The notes below the pieces were generated by a model. That model was not told the origin of the DNA and ran no database searches. It saw nothing but the letters and a program-made list of their open reading frames with translations. The translations under genes and the position numbers were made by a program. This document shows positions 1 through 10,555 of a stretch of 64,000 nucleotides of DNA, in pieces (the stretch's first letter is position 1; each line of letters begins with the position of its first letter). The stretch covers positions 10,196 through 74,195 of the forward strand of contig JAYVLH010000004.1 in assembly GCA_043759555.1 (NCBI GenBank). Direction: 5' to 3'. Source of the stretch: Sulfuricurvum sp. GTDB lineage: Bacteria; Campylobacterota; Campylobacteria; Campylobacterales; Sulfurimonadaceae.

Positions 1-7
1 TCAAGGC

Positions 8-817
8 GTGATAGCAACAGTTGCAGTGATTCTTTTTATGAGCGGATGCGCTAAAGAGATCGATGAGTACAATAAACCTGCGGATTATTGGTATGAAAAA
101 ATGATTACAGCGGTATCCAATGGGAATCTTGAAAAAGCAGACAGCTATTTTAGTTCATTGCAAAGTGAGCATATTGGCTCTCCTCTTTTAGGTGAGGCAA
201 CGCTCATTATGGCACAGGCGCACATGGCATACGAAGAGTATTTGCTCTCAGAGCACTTTTTAGATGAATACAACCGTCGTTACGCTACACGTGAAGGGCG
301 TGAATATACTGAATTTTTGAAAATCAAATCAAAATTTTTAGCGCTTCCAAATCCTGGACGTGATCAAGGACTCATTGATGAAACACTCAAAGGGGTAACT
401 GTTTTTAAAACAAGTTATCCATACTCAACGTATATGCCATTAGTGAATACGATGGAAACTCAGTTGCAGCTGGCACGTGGAACGTTGAATAATCAAATTG
501 CTCAACTGTATGATAGATTGCAAAAACCAAAAGGGGCACACTATTATCGCAGTATTGCCCCTGTAACATGGATTGATTCATCTGAAGTTATACCGGCAAC
601 TATCCCATGGTATCGAGAGATATTTGAAGGTGATGGCACGAGCAGTTGGTATGCGTTTATGATTCCAAAGACACGCAGTGTTGTTTCAATGGATGATAAT
701 GATTCGTTTACTTCAGTAACGACGACCTATGAAAGAAAGGCATCGGATCACAATACTACATTGCCGGAAGCTTCAAAAGAAACGTCATGGTATGGCTTTT
801 TAATTCCTTCTTTTTGA
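8..817 (+). CDS. bamD: Outer membrane protein assembly factor BamD (lipoprotein); true start may lie upstream of the window
   Basis: Lipobox MSGC, TPR-like helices, YNKPADYWY typical of epsilonproteobacterial BamD; bamD-lon synteny. Confidence 0.85.
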   Translation: MIATVAVILFMSGCAKEIDEYNKPADYWYEKMITAVSNGNLEKADSYFSSLQSEHIGSPLLGEATLIMAQAHMAYEEYLLSEHFLDEYNRRYATREGREYTEFLKIKSKFLALPNPGRDQGLIDETLKGVTVFKTSYPYSTYMPLVNTMETQLQLARGTLNNQIAQLYDRLQKPKGAHYYRSIAPVTWIDSSEVIPATIPWYREIFEGDGTSSWYAFMIPKTRSVVSMDDNDSFTSVTTTYERKASDHNTTLPEASKETSWYGFLIPSF

Positions 818-878
818 AAAGATGAGTCATTTTAGTAGATGGAAAATAAAATAAATAAATTTTATAGGATTTTTTACA

Positions 879-3302
879 ATGCAACTTAGTAACTATGCCG
901 CTTTTCCTACAACTTTGCCTGTTATTGCTGAGGATGAGCTTTTTTTATACCCTTTTATGATTTCGCCTCTTTTCTTGAGTGATGAAAAAAATATTGCTGC
1001 TGCTGCTGAAGCTATTGAAAACAACTCATTAGTCATAGTATGTCCTGTAAGACCTGACCACGAAGGCTCACGTGAGATGGATGCGGTTTATGATGCAGGT
1101 GTTATTGGCTCGATTATGCGTAAAGTCGTTCTCCCTGATGGACGAATCAAAGTCTTGTTTCAAGGATTGGCTCGTGGGCATGTTATTGATATGACACATG
1201 ATAATCCACTTCGAGCGAATGTGGATATTATCCAATCAGCAGGTGTGAATGCACTCAAAATGGATGCCATTTTGGAGATTTTACGTGAAAAAGTACGTGC
1301 GCTTTCCCAAGTAAGTAACTATTTCCCTCCTGATTTGCTCCGCACAATAGAAGAAAATCATGAATACAATCGTATCGTTGATTTGATCTCCAGCTCGATC
1401 AAAATGAAAAAAGAGAATGCGTATAAACTCTTTGTTGAACGTGACCCTGAAAAGCGATTTTTGATGTTGATCGATGAGCTTATAGAAGAGACCGAAGCTA
1501 ATAAACTCCAAAAAGAGATTCGGTCCAAGGTACATTCCCGTATAGAAAAAGTGAATAAAGAATATTTTCTTAAAGAGCAGCTCAAGCAGATTCAAAAAGA
1601 GTTGGGAACCGATACTCACCGTGAAGAAGAGATCGAAGAGTTCCGTAAAAAGCTTGAAGCCAAAAAAGACAAAATGCATCCTGATGCCTATAAAGAGACC
1701 AATAAGCAGCTCGAGCGATTTGCTCGTATGCATCCAGACAGTGGAGATTCTGGTATGCTGCAAACATATTTAGAATATGTTCTTGAAATTCCGTTTGGTG
1801 AAGAGGCCAAAAAAGCACTCAATATTCACGATGTTGAAGCGCAGCTCAACAAAGATCACTTTTCACTTAAAAAGCCAAAACAGCGTATTTCGGAATATTT
1901 TTCAGTGCGAGAATTATTGGAACTTCGCGGACACGCGGACAAAGAGGGACGCGGAGCAATTTTGTGTTTTGCAGGCCCTCCGGGTGTGGGAAAAACGTCA
2001 CTTGCCAACTCCATTGCTACGGCTCTTAAACGTCCATTAGTACGTATCGCATTGGGCGGTTTGGAAGATGTGAATGAGCTTCGAGGCCATCGCCGTACGT
2101 ATGTGGGTGCGATGCCGGGACGTATTGTTCAAGGGATCATTGAAGCGAAAAAGATGAATCCGATCATTGTGCTCGACGAAATCGATAAAATTTCTAAATC
2201 GAATCGTGGTGATCCGACTGCGGTATTGTTAGAGATTTTAGATCCTGAGCAAAATACTCATTTTAGGGATTATTACCTCAATTTTAATCTTGATTTGAGC
2301 AAGGCTATTTTTATTGCTACGGCAAACGATGTGGGACAAATTCCCGGACCGTTGCGTGATCGCATGGAATTTATTCCAGTCAGTTCGTATACACCTCAAG
2401 AAAAATATGAGATTGCACGACAGTATCTAATTCCACAAGAGCTTAAAAAACATGGCTTAAAGCCTTCGGAGCTTTCGATTTCCAAAACAGCTTTGCTGGA
2501 TGTGATCGAAAAGCATACACGAGAAGCAGGAGTACGGAATCTTCGCAGACGCGTAGCGGATATTATCCGTAAAACAGCAAAAAGAATACTCGAAGATCCA
2601 AGTACGATAAAAGTCAGCGTAACTCTCAAAAATCTTAAAGACTTTTTGGAAAAAACGGTTTTTGAGATAGAAAAGACCGATCATGTTAATCGTGTCGGCG
2701 TTGTCAACGGTCTTGCTTGGACAGCGGTTGGCGGAGATGTTCTTAAAATCGAAGCAATACGTATTAATGGCAAGGGAACATTGCAGCTTACGGGTAGTTT
2801 GGGCGACGTTATGAAAGAATCGGCTCGTATCGCTTTATCCGTTGTAAAAACGTTAATTGACAGCGGAACACTGACTATTGACCACTCTATCATTCCGCTT
2901 TCTGTTGCCGAGCGTGAGAGCGCAACGGTTGTAGATGCGAGTGAAGTGTATAAGCGATTTGATCTGCACATACACGTTCCTGATGGCGCGACACCTAAAG
3001 ACGGTCCAAGTGCAGGGATAGCTATGTGTACGGTTATTGGTTCGATTTTGTCCAATAAAAAAGTACGTGCGGATATTGCAATGACCGGCGAAGTCTCGCT
3101 TACAGGTAATGTTCTTCCTATCGGAGGACTCAAAGAGAAGCTGATCGCTGCTCACCGTGCTGGGATGAAACTTGCATTAATACCTCAGAAAAACTATGAG
3201 CGTGATCTTGTAGACATTCCTGATGAGGTGAAAAACGTCCTTGAAATACGTGGTGTTACTCGTATTGAAGAGGTTTTGGAAGCCCTTTTAATCGACGTAT
3301 AG
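879..3302 (+). CDS. lon: ATP-dependent protease La (Lon)
   Basis: Walker A GPPGVGKTS, RGHRRTYVGAMPGR, catalytic PKDGPSAG. Confidence 0.98.
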   Translation: MQLSNYAAFPTTLPVIAEDELFLYPFMISPLFLSDEKNIAAAAEAIENNSLVIVCPVRPDHEGSREMDAVYDAGVIGSIMRKVVLPDGRIKVLFQGLARGHVIDMTHDNPLRANVDIIQSAGVNALKMDAILEILREKVRALSQVSNYFPPDLLRTIEENHEYNRIVDLISSSIKMKKENAYKLFVERDPEKRFLMLIDELIEETEANKLQKEIRSKVHSRIEKVNKEYFLKEQLKQIQKELGTDTHREEEIEEFRKKLEAKKDKMHPDAYKETNKQLERFARMHPDSGDSGMLQTYLEYVLEIPFGEEAKKALNIHDVEAQLNKDHFSLKKPKQRISEYFSVRELLELRGHADKEGRGAILCFAGPPGVGKTSLANSIATALKRPLVRIALGGLEDVNELRGHRRTYVGAMPGRIVQGIIEAKKMNPIIVLDEIDKISKSNRGDPTAVLLEILDPEQNTHFRDYYLNFNLDLSKAIFIATANDVGQIPGPLRDRMEFIPVSSYTPQEKYEIARQYLIPQELKKHGLKPSELSISKTALLDVIEKHTREAGVRNLRRRVADIIRKTAKRILEDPSTIKVSVTLKNLKDFLEKTVFEIEKTDHVNRVGVVNGLAWTAVGGDVLKIEAIRINGKGTLQLTGSLGDVMKESARIALSVVKTLIDSGTLTIDHSIIPLSVAERESATVVDASEVYKRFDLHIHVPDGATPKDGPSAGIAMCTVIGSILSNKKVRADIAMTGEVSLTGNVLPIGGLKEKLIAAHRAGMKLALIPQKNYERDLVDIPDEVKNVLEIRGVTRIEEVLEALLIDV

Positions 3303-4272
3303 TCGCATATGCTTCAAGAGAGCCATAGAGAAACCCGCGTAATTTTGGGTTGATCTTGAGCTTTCTGCACTCTTCTTTAAATCCCTTATCCATAGTAATA
3401 TTGGTTTGATAAGGGGAAATAAAAGTATAGTCATCTTCTATGGAGACGACATATCTGCGCGAAACAATAGAGCTTTTTGCTTTTTTTAACTCTTCTTTCT
3501 CGTGAGCCGTCATCAGTATGCCAATAGACTTTAGATGCTGATCGATGCCGTATAGAAGAGAACGTAAGGTACGCGGATTTTCACTCCAATACAACCCATC
3601 AGATAGTTGAAAGTGAATTGTTTCGATAAGATCGTCATTGTCTTCTTCTAGGTAGCGAAAACTTCGTCGTATAGCGTCAGTATGCTCCCGCATGATTGGA
3701 GTGCTGTGGCGATGCCGAAAGCGGTTTCGGGTATAGCTCTCATCTGTATTGCTTTCATCGATAAAATGGCTTAGGTTATGTTCGCTCAAATAGTCTTCGA
3801 TCTCTTGACGATCGTGTTGAAGGAGTGGTCTCAGGATGATGAGTTTCCCCCGTCTATCAAGCGATTTGACACCTAATAATTCAGGCAGTCCACAGCCGCG
3901 TGTCAATTGCATGAACATCCACTCCAGTCGATCATTGAGTTGATGGGCCGTAAGGAGGTAAGTATAATTATGCTTTTGCATGAGATACTCAAAGAATTGA
4001 TACCGCTCTTCTCTCGCATTATTCTCGAAATTTGCACCACTTAGATAGCAGGAATGAGTGTAGCAATGTAAAGAGTGCGATTGTGCAAGTGCTTGGGCAC
4101 TGAGTGCTTCATCATCGCTTGATGGGCGTGCATGGTAATTTACGTGGGCAATATCAAAAGAAATGGAGTTTTCACGTAAAAGGTGAAAAAGGGCAGTCGA
4201 ATCGACGCCGCCGGAAAAAGCTAAGAGAGCTTTCCCCTCACGAAGACGGTCAAGGTGTAAAAGTTCACGCAT
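3256..4272 (-). CDS. tilS: tRNA(Ile)-lysidine synthetase
   Basis: PP-loop AFSGGVDS, TAHQLND, RPLL, DESN, RNRFR; start set at the ATG overlapping the rimO stop. Confidence 0.93.
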   Translation of the reverse strand: MRELLHLDRLREGKALLAFSGGVDSTALFHLLRENSISFDIAHVNYHARPSSDDEALSAQALAQSHSLHCYTHSCYLSGANFENNAREERYQFFEYLMQKHNYTYLLTAHQLNDRLEWMFMQLTRGCGLPELLGVKSLDRRGKLIILRPLLQHDRQEIEDYLSEHNLSHFIDESNTDESYTRNRFRHRHSTPIMREHTDAIRRSFRYLEEDNDDLIETIHFQLSDGLYWSENPRTLRSLLYGIDQHLKSIGILMTAHEKEELKKAKSSIVSRRYVVSIEDDYTFISPYQTNITMDKGFKEECRKLKINPKLRGFLYGSLEAYATIRRLKGLPKPLQYE

Positions 4273-5581
4273 CGCCTGTGATGGTTGCCAATGGGTGATT
4301 TCCGGAAAGTTCGGTGATTTTAGCACGGTACATTTTTCCGTAGACTAATTCGTTGTCGATCTCGCGATCATTGACATAGATTTCGCCATCAACATCGGGA
4401 GTCCAGTTGAGTGCGCGTGCGCTGAGAAGGAATTCATGCTCATCACTCTCGCCGTCGATAACCAAAGAGATTTCAGTTCCTATCAGCTTTTTGAGGCTTT
4501 TGATTTCAACTTCAGAGGCAATTTTTCCCAGTTTTTTTGCCCGTGCATTGATGATTTTGGCAGGGATTTTATCGTCAAATGTATAGGCGCTTGTCCCCTC
4601 TTCATCGGAGTAGCTAAAGACATTGAGACGATCAAAACCAAAAGAAGCTGCAAACTCTGCCATCTCGTCAAACATACCTTCCGTTTCATGCGGATGTCCG
4701 ACGATGAAACTGGTGCGGATGAAGGTATTAGGCAATGCTTTCATCGCATTGAGAAGTTCAAGTGTTTTTTCTTTTCCGAAACCGCGTTTCATGATGCGTA
4801 ACATCTCATCATTGATGTGCTGGATAGGCATGTCAAAATAGTTGTGAAATGTTGGTGAGTCACCAATCGTTTTGATAAGTTTTAGTGACGTTGTAGACGG
4901 GTATAGATACAAGATGCGGGCACTTTTGACCCCTTCGATGAGTTCGATTCGTTTGATGAGGTGAATCAGTCCATCGCTGATATTTTGATCACGTAGATAC
5001 GAACTTGAATCTTGGGAAACGAAACTAAAGTCATAATACCCTTTGGCAACCAATCCTTCAACTTCGCGTGCAATACTCTCTAAATCCCTTGAATTGAGCT
5101 TGCCTTTAAATGAAGGGATGGCGCAAAAACTGCATTGCTGATTGCACCCTTCGGAAAGTTTGATGTAGGCGTGATAGGTAGAACCGGTAACAACCCGTTC
5201 GGCCCCGTCAATAAGATAGACTTCGGGGGAAAAACGGCTTTGTTTGAGGGCTAAAAGTTCATCGATTTTATCGTAATCGCCGACACCTGTGAAAATATCT
5301 ACTTCGGTAAGCTCTTTGGCTAGATCCTCTTTATAGCGCTCAGAGAGACAGCCTGCCATGACCAATACGGACTCCTTTTTTCGTCCTGCATTGAGGTTAA
5401 AAACAGTATTGAGCGATTCTTGTTTGGCGGCATCAATAAATCCACAGGTATTGACGATAATGACATCGGCGTCCGTGCCATCATCGGTCATTGTGTAGTT
5501 TTGAAGTCGTCCTAGCATTACCTCGGTATCAACGAGATTTTTGGTACAACCCAATGATACGATGTGAAGTTTTTTAGACAT
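4265..5581 (-). CDS. rimO: Ribosomal protein S12 methylthiotransferase
   Basis: SLGCTKNLVDTE, NTCGFI, radical SAM CNQQCSFC, C-terminal PDVDG TRAM domain. Confidence 0.96.
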   Translation of the reverse strand: MSKKLHIVSLGCTKNLVDTEVMLGRLQNYTMTDDGTDADVIIVNTCGFIDAAKQESLNTVFNLNAGRKKESVLVMAGCLSERYKEDLAKELTEVDIFTGVGDYDKIDELLALKQSRFSPEVYLIDGAERVVTGSTYHAYIKLSEGCNQQCSFCAIPSFKGKLNSRDLESIAREVEGLVAKGYYDFSFVSQDSSSYLRDQNISDGLIHLIKRIELIEGVKSARILYLYPSTTSLKLIKTIGDSPTFHNYFDMPIQHINDEMLRIMKRGFGKEKTLELLNAMKALPNTFIRTSFIVGHPHETEGMFDEMAEFAASFGFDRLNVFSYSDEEGTSAYTFDDKIPAKIINARAKKLGKIASEVEIKSLKKLIGTEISLVIDGESDEHEFLLSARALNWTPDVDGEIYVNDREIDNELVYGKMYRAKITELSGNHPLATITGDA

Positions 5582-5645
5582 TAATAACCTTGATAAAAAT
5601 AGTAGTATTATTATAGCCAAAGAGAGTTTTAGCTACACTTTGGTC

Positions 5646-6215
5646 ATGCGATACTTAATACTCTTTTTAGCTTTAATCCCATTATTGGCAATGGGTGTTG
5701 TGTATACCCATACCTTTGATTTTTCATGGTTTGATGGGGCTGTGGCGTGGTGCGAAAATGCATTCGGTGCCTATGTTCCTCATCCTCTTCATCTTTATTA
5801 CTATCTTAGTGTAATAGCGGGTAAAACTGCTCTGTGGATTTTGATTTTTGCATTTTGGATTAGCCCCCTTTATGTCTTTGTCCGATTTGATTTACGAGAA
5901 TTTAAAAAACTTTTAGGCGGATTTGTTATTGGATATGCTCTTGTGCATGTCTTATTTTTTGCCTTAGCGTATGGATTTAATGTAACCGCATTGGGCAGAG
6001 CTATAATGAATTATCCATTTTTGAGTTTTGGGGTTGGGGCGCTATTTATTTTAGCTTTAGCTCCATTATCCAAAGCGGGGTACAAATTTTTGTATTTAGG
6101 GGTGGTTGCCGTAATGATCCATCTTCTGATCGGGTATAAAACTCTTTCCTTGGAACATATTATCGCGATTTCGTTACTTGCAACAGCGATGGCATTGCGA
6201 TTGATTAAGCGATAG
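5646..6215 (+). CDS. Ferric-reductase-like (MsrQ/YedZ-like) membrane protein
   Basis: Multiple TM helices; KKLLGG...YALVH and later LYL...IH match the MsrQ heme-ligand spacing. Confidence 0.55.
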   Translation: MRYLILFLALIPLLAMGVVYTHTFDFSWFDGAVAWCENAFGAYVPHPLHLYYYLSVIAGKTALWILIFAFWISPLYVFVRFDLREFKKLLGGFVIGYALVHVLFFALAYGFNVTALGRAIMNYPFLSFGVGALFILALAPLSKAGYKFLYLGVVAVMIHLLIGYKTLSLEHIIAISLLATAMALRLIKR

Positions 6216-7376
6216 ATGAAACATTTTGACGTACTGATTCTTGGAGCAGGCGCTTCTGGGTTGATGTGTGCTGCACAATTACGTGAACAATCCACCTTGA
6301 AAATTGGCATACTTGATGGAAACACTCGTCCGGCACTCAAGCTCAAAGCAAGCGGCGGTGGAAAATGCAATCTTACCAATGTGGAAGTGGATGCAAGCCA
6401 TTTTTTAGGTGAGGAATCGCTGGTAGCTCATGCTCTAAAGGTATTTTCCAAAGAAGCACTTTTGGATTATTTTAATCGTGGGGGACTTCAACCCGTCATT
6501 CGTAAAGAGCGATACTATTTTTGTCCCAAAAGTTCGGATGAAGTGATTTCAATTTTATTGGGACGCGCTCATGGATGCGAGATGCTCTTGGGACATAAGA
6601 TTTTGAGCGTTGAGGGGAACAGCCCTTTTGTGGTGACTACGGATAAGGGAAAATTGAGCGCTGAAAACGTTATTGTAGCAACGGGTGGTGCCAGTTATAA
6701 AGAACTGGGTGCAAGCGATATCGGTCTTAAAATCGCACAAGAGTATGGCCATAAGATTATCCCTTTTTCTCCTGCGTTGGTGGGATTGACGTTACAGCCA
6801 AAAGAGTTTTGGATGAAAGAGCTTAGCGGTATCAGTTTTCCAGCACGTATACGTGTGGGTCAAAAAGTCTTGGATGAAGATTTGCTGTTTGCGCATAAGG
6901 GGATAAGCGGTCCGGTTGTCCTTTCAGCATCACTATATTGGCATAAGGGGGAAATCGCCATTGATTTTTGTCCCGATTTGGATCTTGAAAAACTGCTCAA
7001 AGAAAAAAAACTTCTAAGCTCCGCACTTCCTTTACCCAAGCGATTCAGTAAAGCCTTCTTGGAAGCGATAGCTCTGGAAGATAAGCCGTGCAATCGTTTG
7101 AACAGTGATGAACGCGAAAAGCTGACACGACTTCTAAATTACGTGATGGCGCCCTCAGGTACGTTCGGGCTCACCAAAGCCGAAGTATGCAGGGGCGGTG
7201 TAGCGTGCGATGAAATAGAGAGACTGACGATGGAGAGTACTAAGATTAAAGGACTTTATTTCATCGGTGAAACAGTGGATGTTACCGGAGAGCTTGGCGG
7301 TTATAATTTTCAATGGGCATTTAGTTCAGCCGTAGTATGTTCATCAGGAATCGTTAATAATTATTTAAAAGAATGA
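6216..7376 (+). CDS. HI0933/BaiN-family flavoprotein oxidoreductase
   Basis: GAGASG, SGGGKCNLTN, ATGGASY, GELGGYNFQWAFSS. Confidence 0.92.
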   Translation: MKHFDVLILGAGASGLMCAAQLREQSTLKIGILDGNTRPALKLKASGGGKCNLTNVEVDASHFLGEESLVAHALKVFSKEALLDYFNRGGLQPVIRKERYYFCPKSSDEVISILLGRAHGCEMLLGHKILSVEGNSPFVVTTDKGKLSAENVIVATGGASYKELGASDIGLKIAQEYGHKIIPFSPALVGLTLQPKEFWMKELSGISFPARIRVGQKVLDEDLLFAHKGISGPVVLSASLYWHKGEIAIDFCPDLDLEKLLKEKKLLSSALPLPKRFSKAFLEAIALEDKPCNRLNSDEREKLTRLLNYVMAPSGTFGLTKAEVCRGGVACDEIERLTMESTKIKGLYFIGETVDVTGELGGYNFQWAFSSAVVCSSGIVNNYLKE

Positions 7377-7409
7377 TATAATGAGTTTATGGCCATAATG
7401 GAGAAGATT

Positions 7410-8633
7410 ATGCAGCGTAAACGTGTTATTATCATAGGTGGAGGATATGCAGGGGTTCAAGCACTCAAAGTGCTGGCAACATCAGGATTGTGTGACGTTG
7501 TCCTTATCGATCAGCACCCTTATCATTACCTACAAACCGAAGTGTACGAGCTTATTGCTAATGAGTGTTCCATAACTCGTGTTACTATCGATTTAGTCGC
7601 ATTGTGTCTGAGTTATGGGGAGCATGTCAGCTATATCAAAGACACCATCCGCGGGATAAATTTTGAGGCGAAATGCATCACGGGTGAACATACCTGCCAT
7701 TCGTATGATTATGCATTACTGTGTACAGGAAGCCGTACAGTATACAATGGTTCGACGCAAGGGTTGCGGGAATACTCGCACGGTGTCAAAACACTGCCAA
7801 GTGCATTGGCATTTAAACAGCAGTTTGAACAGCGTCTATATGATCGTATGGAGAGCGAAGGAAGCTGGTGTAATGAGCCTTTTAATGTCGTTATCGGCGG
7901 CGGCGGACTTAGCGGAGTTGAAATTGCGGCAGAGATGGCAAACTATATTCGTGTCTTTCACCAAGATAACACACTTACCTGTGACAATATTCATATTTTT
8001 TTGATTATTCCGAATGAGTCGGTATTGGAAGGAATGGAAAGCTATTTGGTTACACAAGCAACCAAAAGACTCTTTAAATTAGGGGTAAAAATTATCAATC
8101 ATTCGCGTATTACGTCAGTCGAAGAACATGCTTTGATCCTCAATGGTGATAAGTCGATTTGTTTTGATTTTATGATTTTTACGGGTGGTATTGTGGCATC
8201 GACACTGACAAGTACATTAGACGTAGAAAAAAATAAAAAATCTCAAGTGATTGTAGATAAATTTTTACGTATACCTCTACATGATGGGATTTTCGCGGCA
8301 GGCGATATTGCTGAACTTCGTGATAGTACGGGAAAACTTCTCCCGCCAACGGCACAAATGGCAGAAGAAAGCGGTACATTGGCGGCTAATAATATAGTAT
8401 TGCTGATGCAAGGTCGTGCGATGCGGCGTGTAGATATGAAGTTACGTGGGATGATGATTGCACTGGGTGGTCATTATGCGAGTATTTCGTTGTTGGGATG
8501 GATACGTGTAAGCGGAATTATGGGGCATATCATTAAGCGTATCATTATGCGAGGATATCGTTATAAGCTTCATCTTCAATGCGCCAAAGGAGTGCGCAAA
8601 ATACCAGTAGCTAAAAAGAGCTGCAGCTCTTAG
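7410..8633 (+). CDS. Type II NADH dehydrogenase-like FAD-dependent oxidoreductase
   Basis: GGGYAG, GGGLSGVEIAAE, AAGD..PPTAQ; GGAG RBS before ATG 7410. Confidence 0.85.
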   Translation: MQRKRVIIIGGGYAGVQALKVLATSGLCDVVLIDQHPYHYLQTEVYELIANECSITRVTIDLVALCLSYGEHVSYIKDTIRGINFEAKCITGEHTCHSYDYALLCTGSRTVYNGSTQGLREYSHGVKTLPSALAFKQQFEQRLYDRMESEGSWCNEPFNVVIGGGGLSGVEIAAEMANYIRVFHQDNTLTCDNIHIFLIIPNESVLEGMESYLVTQATKRLFKLGVKIINHSRITSVEEHALILNGDKSICFDFMIFTGGIVASTLTSTLDVEKNKKSQVIVDKFLRIPLHDGIFAAGDIAELRDSTGKLLPPTAQMAEESGTLAANNIVLLMQGRAMRRVDMKLRGMMIALGGHYASISLLGWIRVSGIMGHIIKRIIMRGYRYKLHLQCAKGVRKIPVAKKSCSS

Positions 8634-8774
8634 TTAGCGACACATTGAAAATAGGGTTATGTTTGATAATAATTGAAATTGGCTTTAACTATAATGTAAT
8701 TTAGTGGTGCCAAAGATAATATAGCGGTATAATGCGTTAAGAAAAATAGTTAACAGCTATGGATGGAGATAAGT

Positions 8775-9569
8775 ATGATACTTCTAGCAGGTCCTTGCGT
8801 CATCGAGAGTGAAGAGTCGATATTTAAAATTGCCAAAAGCCTAGAGCGTTATCATAACGATCCACGATTTGATTTTTATTTTAAATCGAGTTTTGATAAA
8901 GCTAACCGTACGTCATTGGACAGTTACCGAGGTCCTGGACTGGAAGAGGGTTTACGAATTTTACAAAAAGTAAAAGACGATTTCGGGTATAAAATAGTTA
9001 CGGATGTACACGAAAGCTATCAGGTTCCTATTGCTGCAGAAGTAATTGATATGATACAAATTCCCGCTTTTTTGTGCCGACAAACCGATTTACTCGTGGC
9101 AGCGGCTAAGACCGATAAAATCGTTAATATCAAAAAAGGGCAATTTATGACCCCAAGCGATATGCAATTTTCGGTTGCAAAAGTCCTTAAAACACGCGGA
9201 TGTGATGAGGTGACATATGAAGCATCACAAAAAAATGGAGTTTTACTGTGTGAGCGTGGAAGTACATTTGGATACGGAAATCTCGTCGTTGATATGCGTT
9301 CTTTACCGATTATGCGTCAATTTGCGCCAGTCATCTTTGATGCGACGCATTCGGTACAAATGCCGGGAACGGGAACAGGTAAAACCGGCGGTGACAGCTC
9401 TATGGTTCCTCATTTGGCACGTGCCGCTGCCGCAGTCGGAGTGGACGGATTTTTCTTTGAAACACACTTCGATCCCATTTGTGCTTTGAGTGATGGGCCA
9501 AATATGCTAAAATTAGAACAACTAGAAGAACTCAGCGAAAAATTGTTGCAGTTGGATGCAATAAAATAG
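8775..9569 (+). CDS. kdsA: KDO-8-phosphate synthase
   Basis: [35 protein letters not shown]. Confidence 0.97.
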   Translation: MILLAGPCVIESEESIFKIAKSLERYHNDPRFDFYFKSSFDKANRTSLDSYRGPGLEEGLRILQKVKDDFGYKIVTDVHESYQVPIAAEVIDMIQIPAFLCRQTDLLVAAAKTDKIVNIKKGQFMTPSDMQFSVAKVLKTRGCDEVTYEASQKNGVLLCERGSTFGYGNLVVDMRSLPIMRQFAPVIFDATHSVQMPGTGTGKTGGDSSMVPHLARAAAAVGVDGFFFETHFDPICALSDGPNMLKLEQLEELSEKLLQLDAIK

Positions 9570-9576
9570 TTTATTT

Positions 9577-9640
9577 GTCATCTTGTACTTGATACGGGAT
9601 CCATTTTTTTGTGGATTCCGTGTCGTAGCACGGAATGACG
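9577..9640. repeat. REP-like doublet (B-type palindrome plus inverted A-type palindrome)
   Basis: gtcatcttgtacttgatacgggatcca ... tggattccgtgtcgtagcacggaatgacg; same family as 14842, 16348, 16407 and 23024. Confidence 0.85.
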
Positions 9641-9680
9641 GTAACGCTGGGAAAAGAATAAAATTAAATAAAGGGTTAAT

Positions 9681-10151
9681 ATGAACGTAATTGAAGGAAA
9701 ACTAAGCGTACGCAATGGCAAAAAAATCGCGAGTGTCAGTACACGCTGGAACCATTTTATTGTTGACAGACTTGTTGAAGGGGCAAAAGATGCTTTTGCA
9801 CGACATGGCGGAAATGATGAAGATTTGACTCATGTTTTAGCACCAGGCGCATTTGAATTGCCTATGGTAATTGATCAACTTTTAAACAGCGGAAAATACG
9901 ATGCTGTGTGTGCATTAGGTGCTGTGATACGTGGATCAACTCCCCATTTTGACTATGTTTCCGCAGAAGCTACAAAAGGAATTGCAACGGTAAGTTTAAA
10001 ACATAAAAAACCGGTAGCTTTTGGACTTTTAACGACTGATACCATCGAACAAGCTATCGAGCGTGCAGGGACAAAAGCCGGAAATAAAGGTTTTGAAGCG
10101 ATGACGGTTGTTATCGAAATGATTGATTTGTATGAAGCGATAGGCGCATAA
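9681..10151 (+). CDS. ribH: 6,7-dimethyl-8-ribityllumazine synthase
   Basis: [22 protein letters not shown]. Confidence 0.97.
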   Translation: MNVIEGKLSVRNGKKIASVSTRWNHFIVDRLVEGAKDAFARHGGNDEDLTHVLAPGAFELPMVIDQLLNSGKYDAVCALGAVIRGSTPHFDYVSAEATKGIATVSLKHKKPVAFGLLTTDTIEQAIERAGTKAGNKGFEAMTVVIEMIDLYEAIGA

Positions 10152-10549
10152 TGGCAACACGACATCAAGCCCGTATGGCGGTTGTAAGTTTATTGTATGC
10201 GTATGATTTGGGGAACCAAAGCATCGCTGATTTTAGCGATGAAATCATGGAAGAGAAAAAAATTCGTAATAAACAGCGTGATTTTGCCATGGATTTGTTT
10301 CGAGGTGTGACAGAGCATTTAGAAGAAGTCGATACGGCAATCGTCAAACATCTTAAAGATTGGGATTTTGACCGTCTTGGTTCTATTGAGCGGGCAACAT
10401 TACGTTTGGGCGGATATGAGATTATGTACGGTGAGCTTGACTCGGCTGTGATTATCAACGAAGCAATCGAAGTAGCAAAAGCATTTGGCAGCGAGCAATC
10501 TCCCAAGTTTATTAATGGTGTCCTTGACGCGATTTCAAAAGATAAGTAG
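10151..10549 (+). CDS. nusB: Transcription antitermination factor NusB
   Basis: RHQAR, INEAIEVAK, FINGVLD; ribH-nusB synteny. Confidence 0.97.
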   Translation: MATRHQARMAVVSLLYAYDLGNQSIADFSDEIMEEKKIRNKQRDFAMDLFRGVTEHLEEVDTAIVKHLKDWDFDRLGSIERATLRLGGYEIMYGELDSAVIINEAIEVAKAFGSEQSPKFINGVLDAISKDK

Positions 10550-10555
10550 TCATTA

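Noticed and set aside
3256-3302. Convergent 3' overlaps (lon/tilS, nadB/antiporter, kinase/pcm)
   Set aside because: Short tail overlaps are common in compact Campylobacterota genomes
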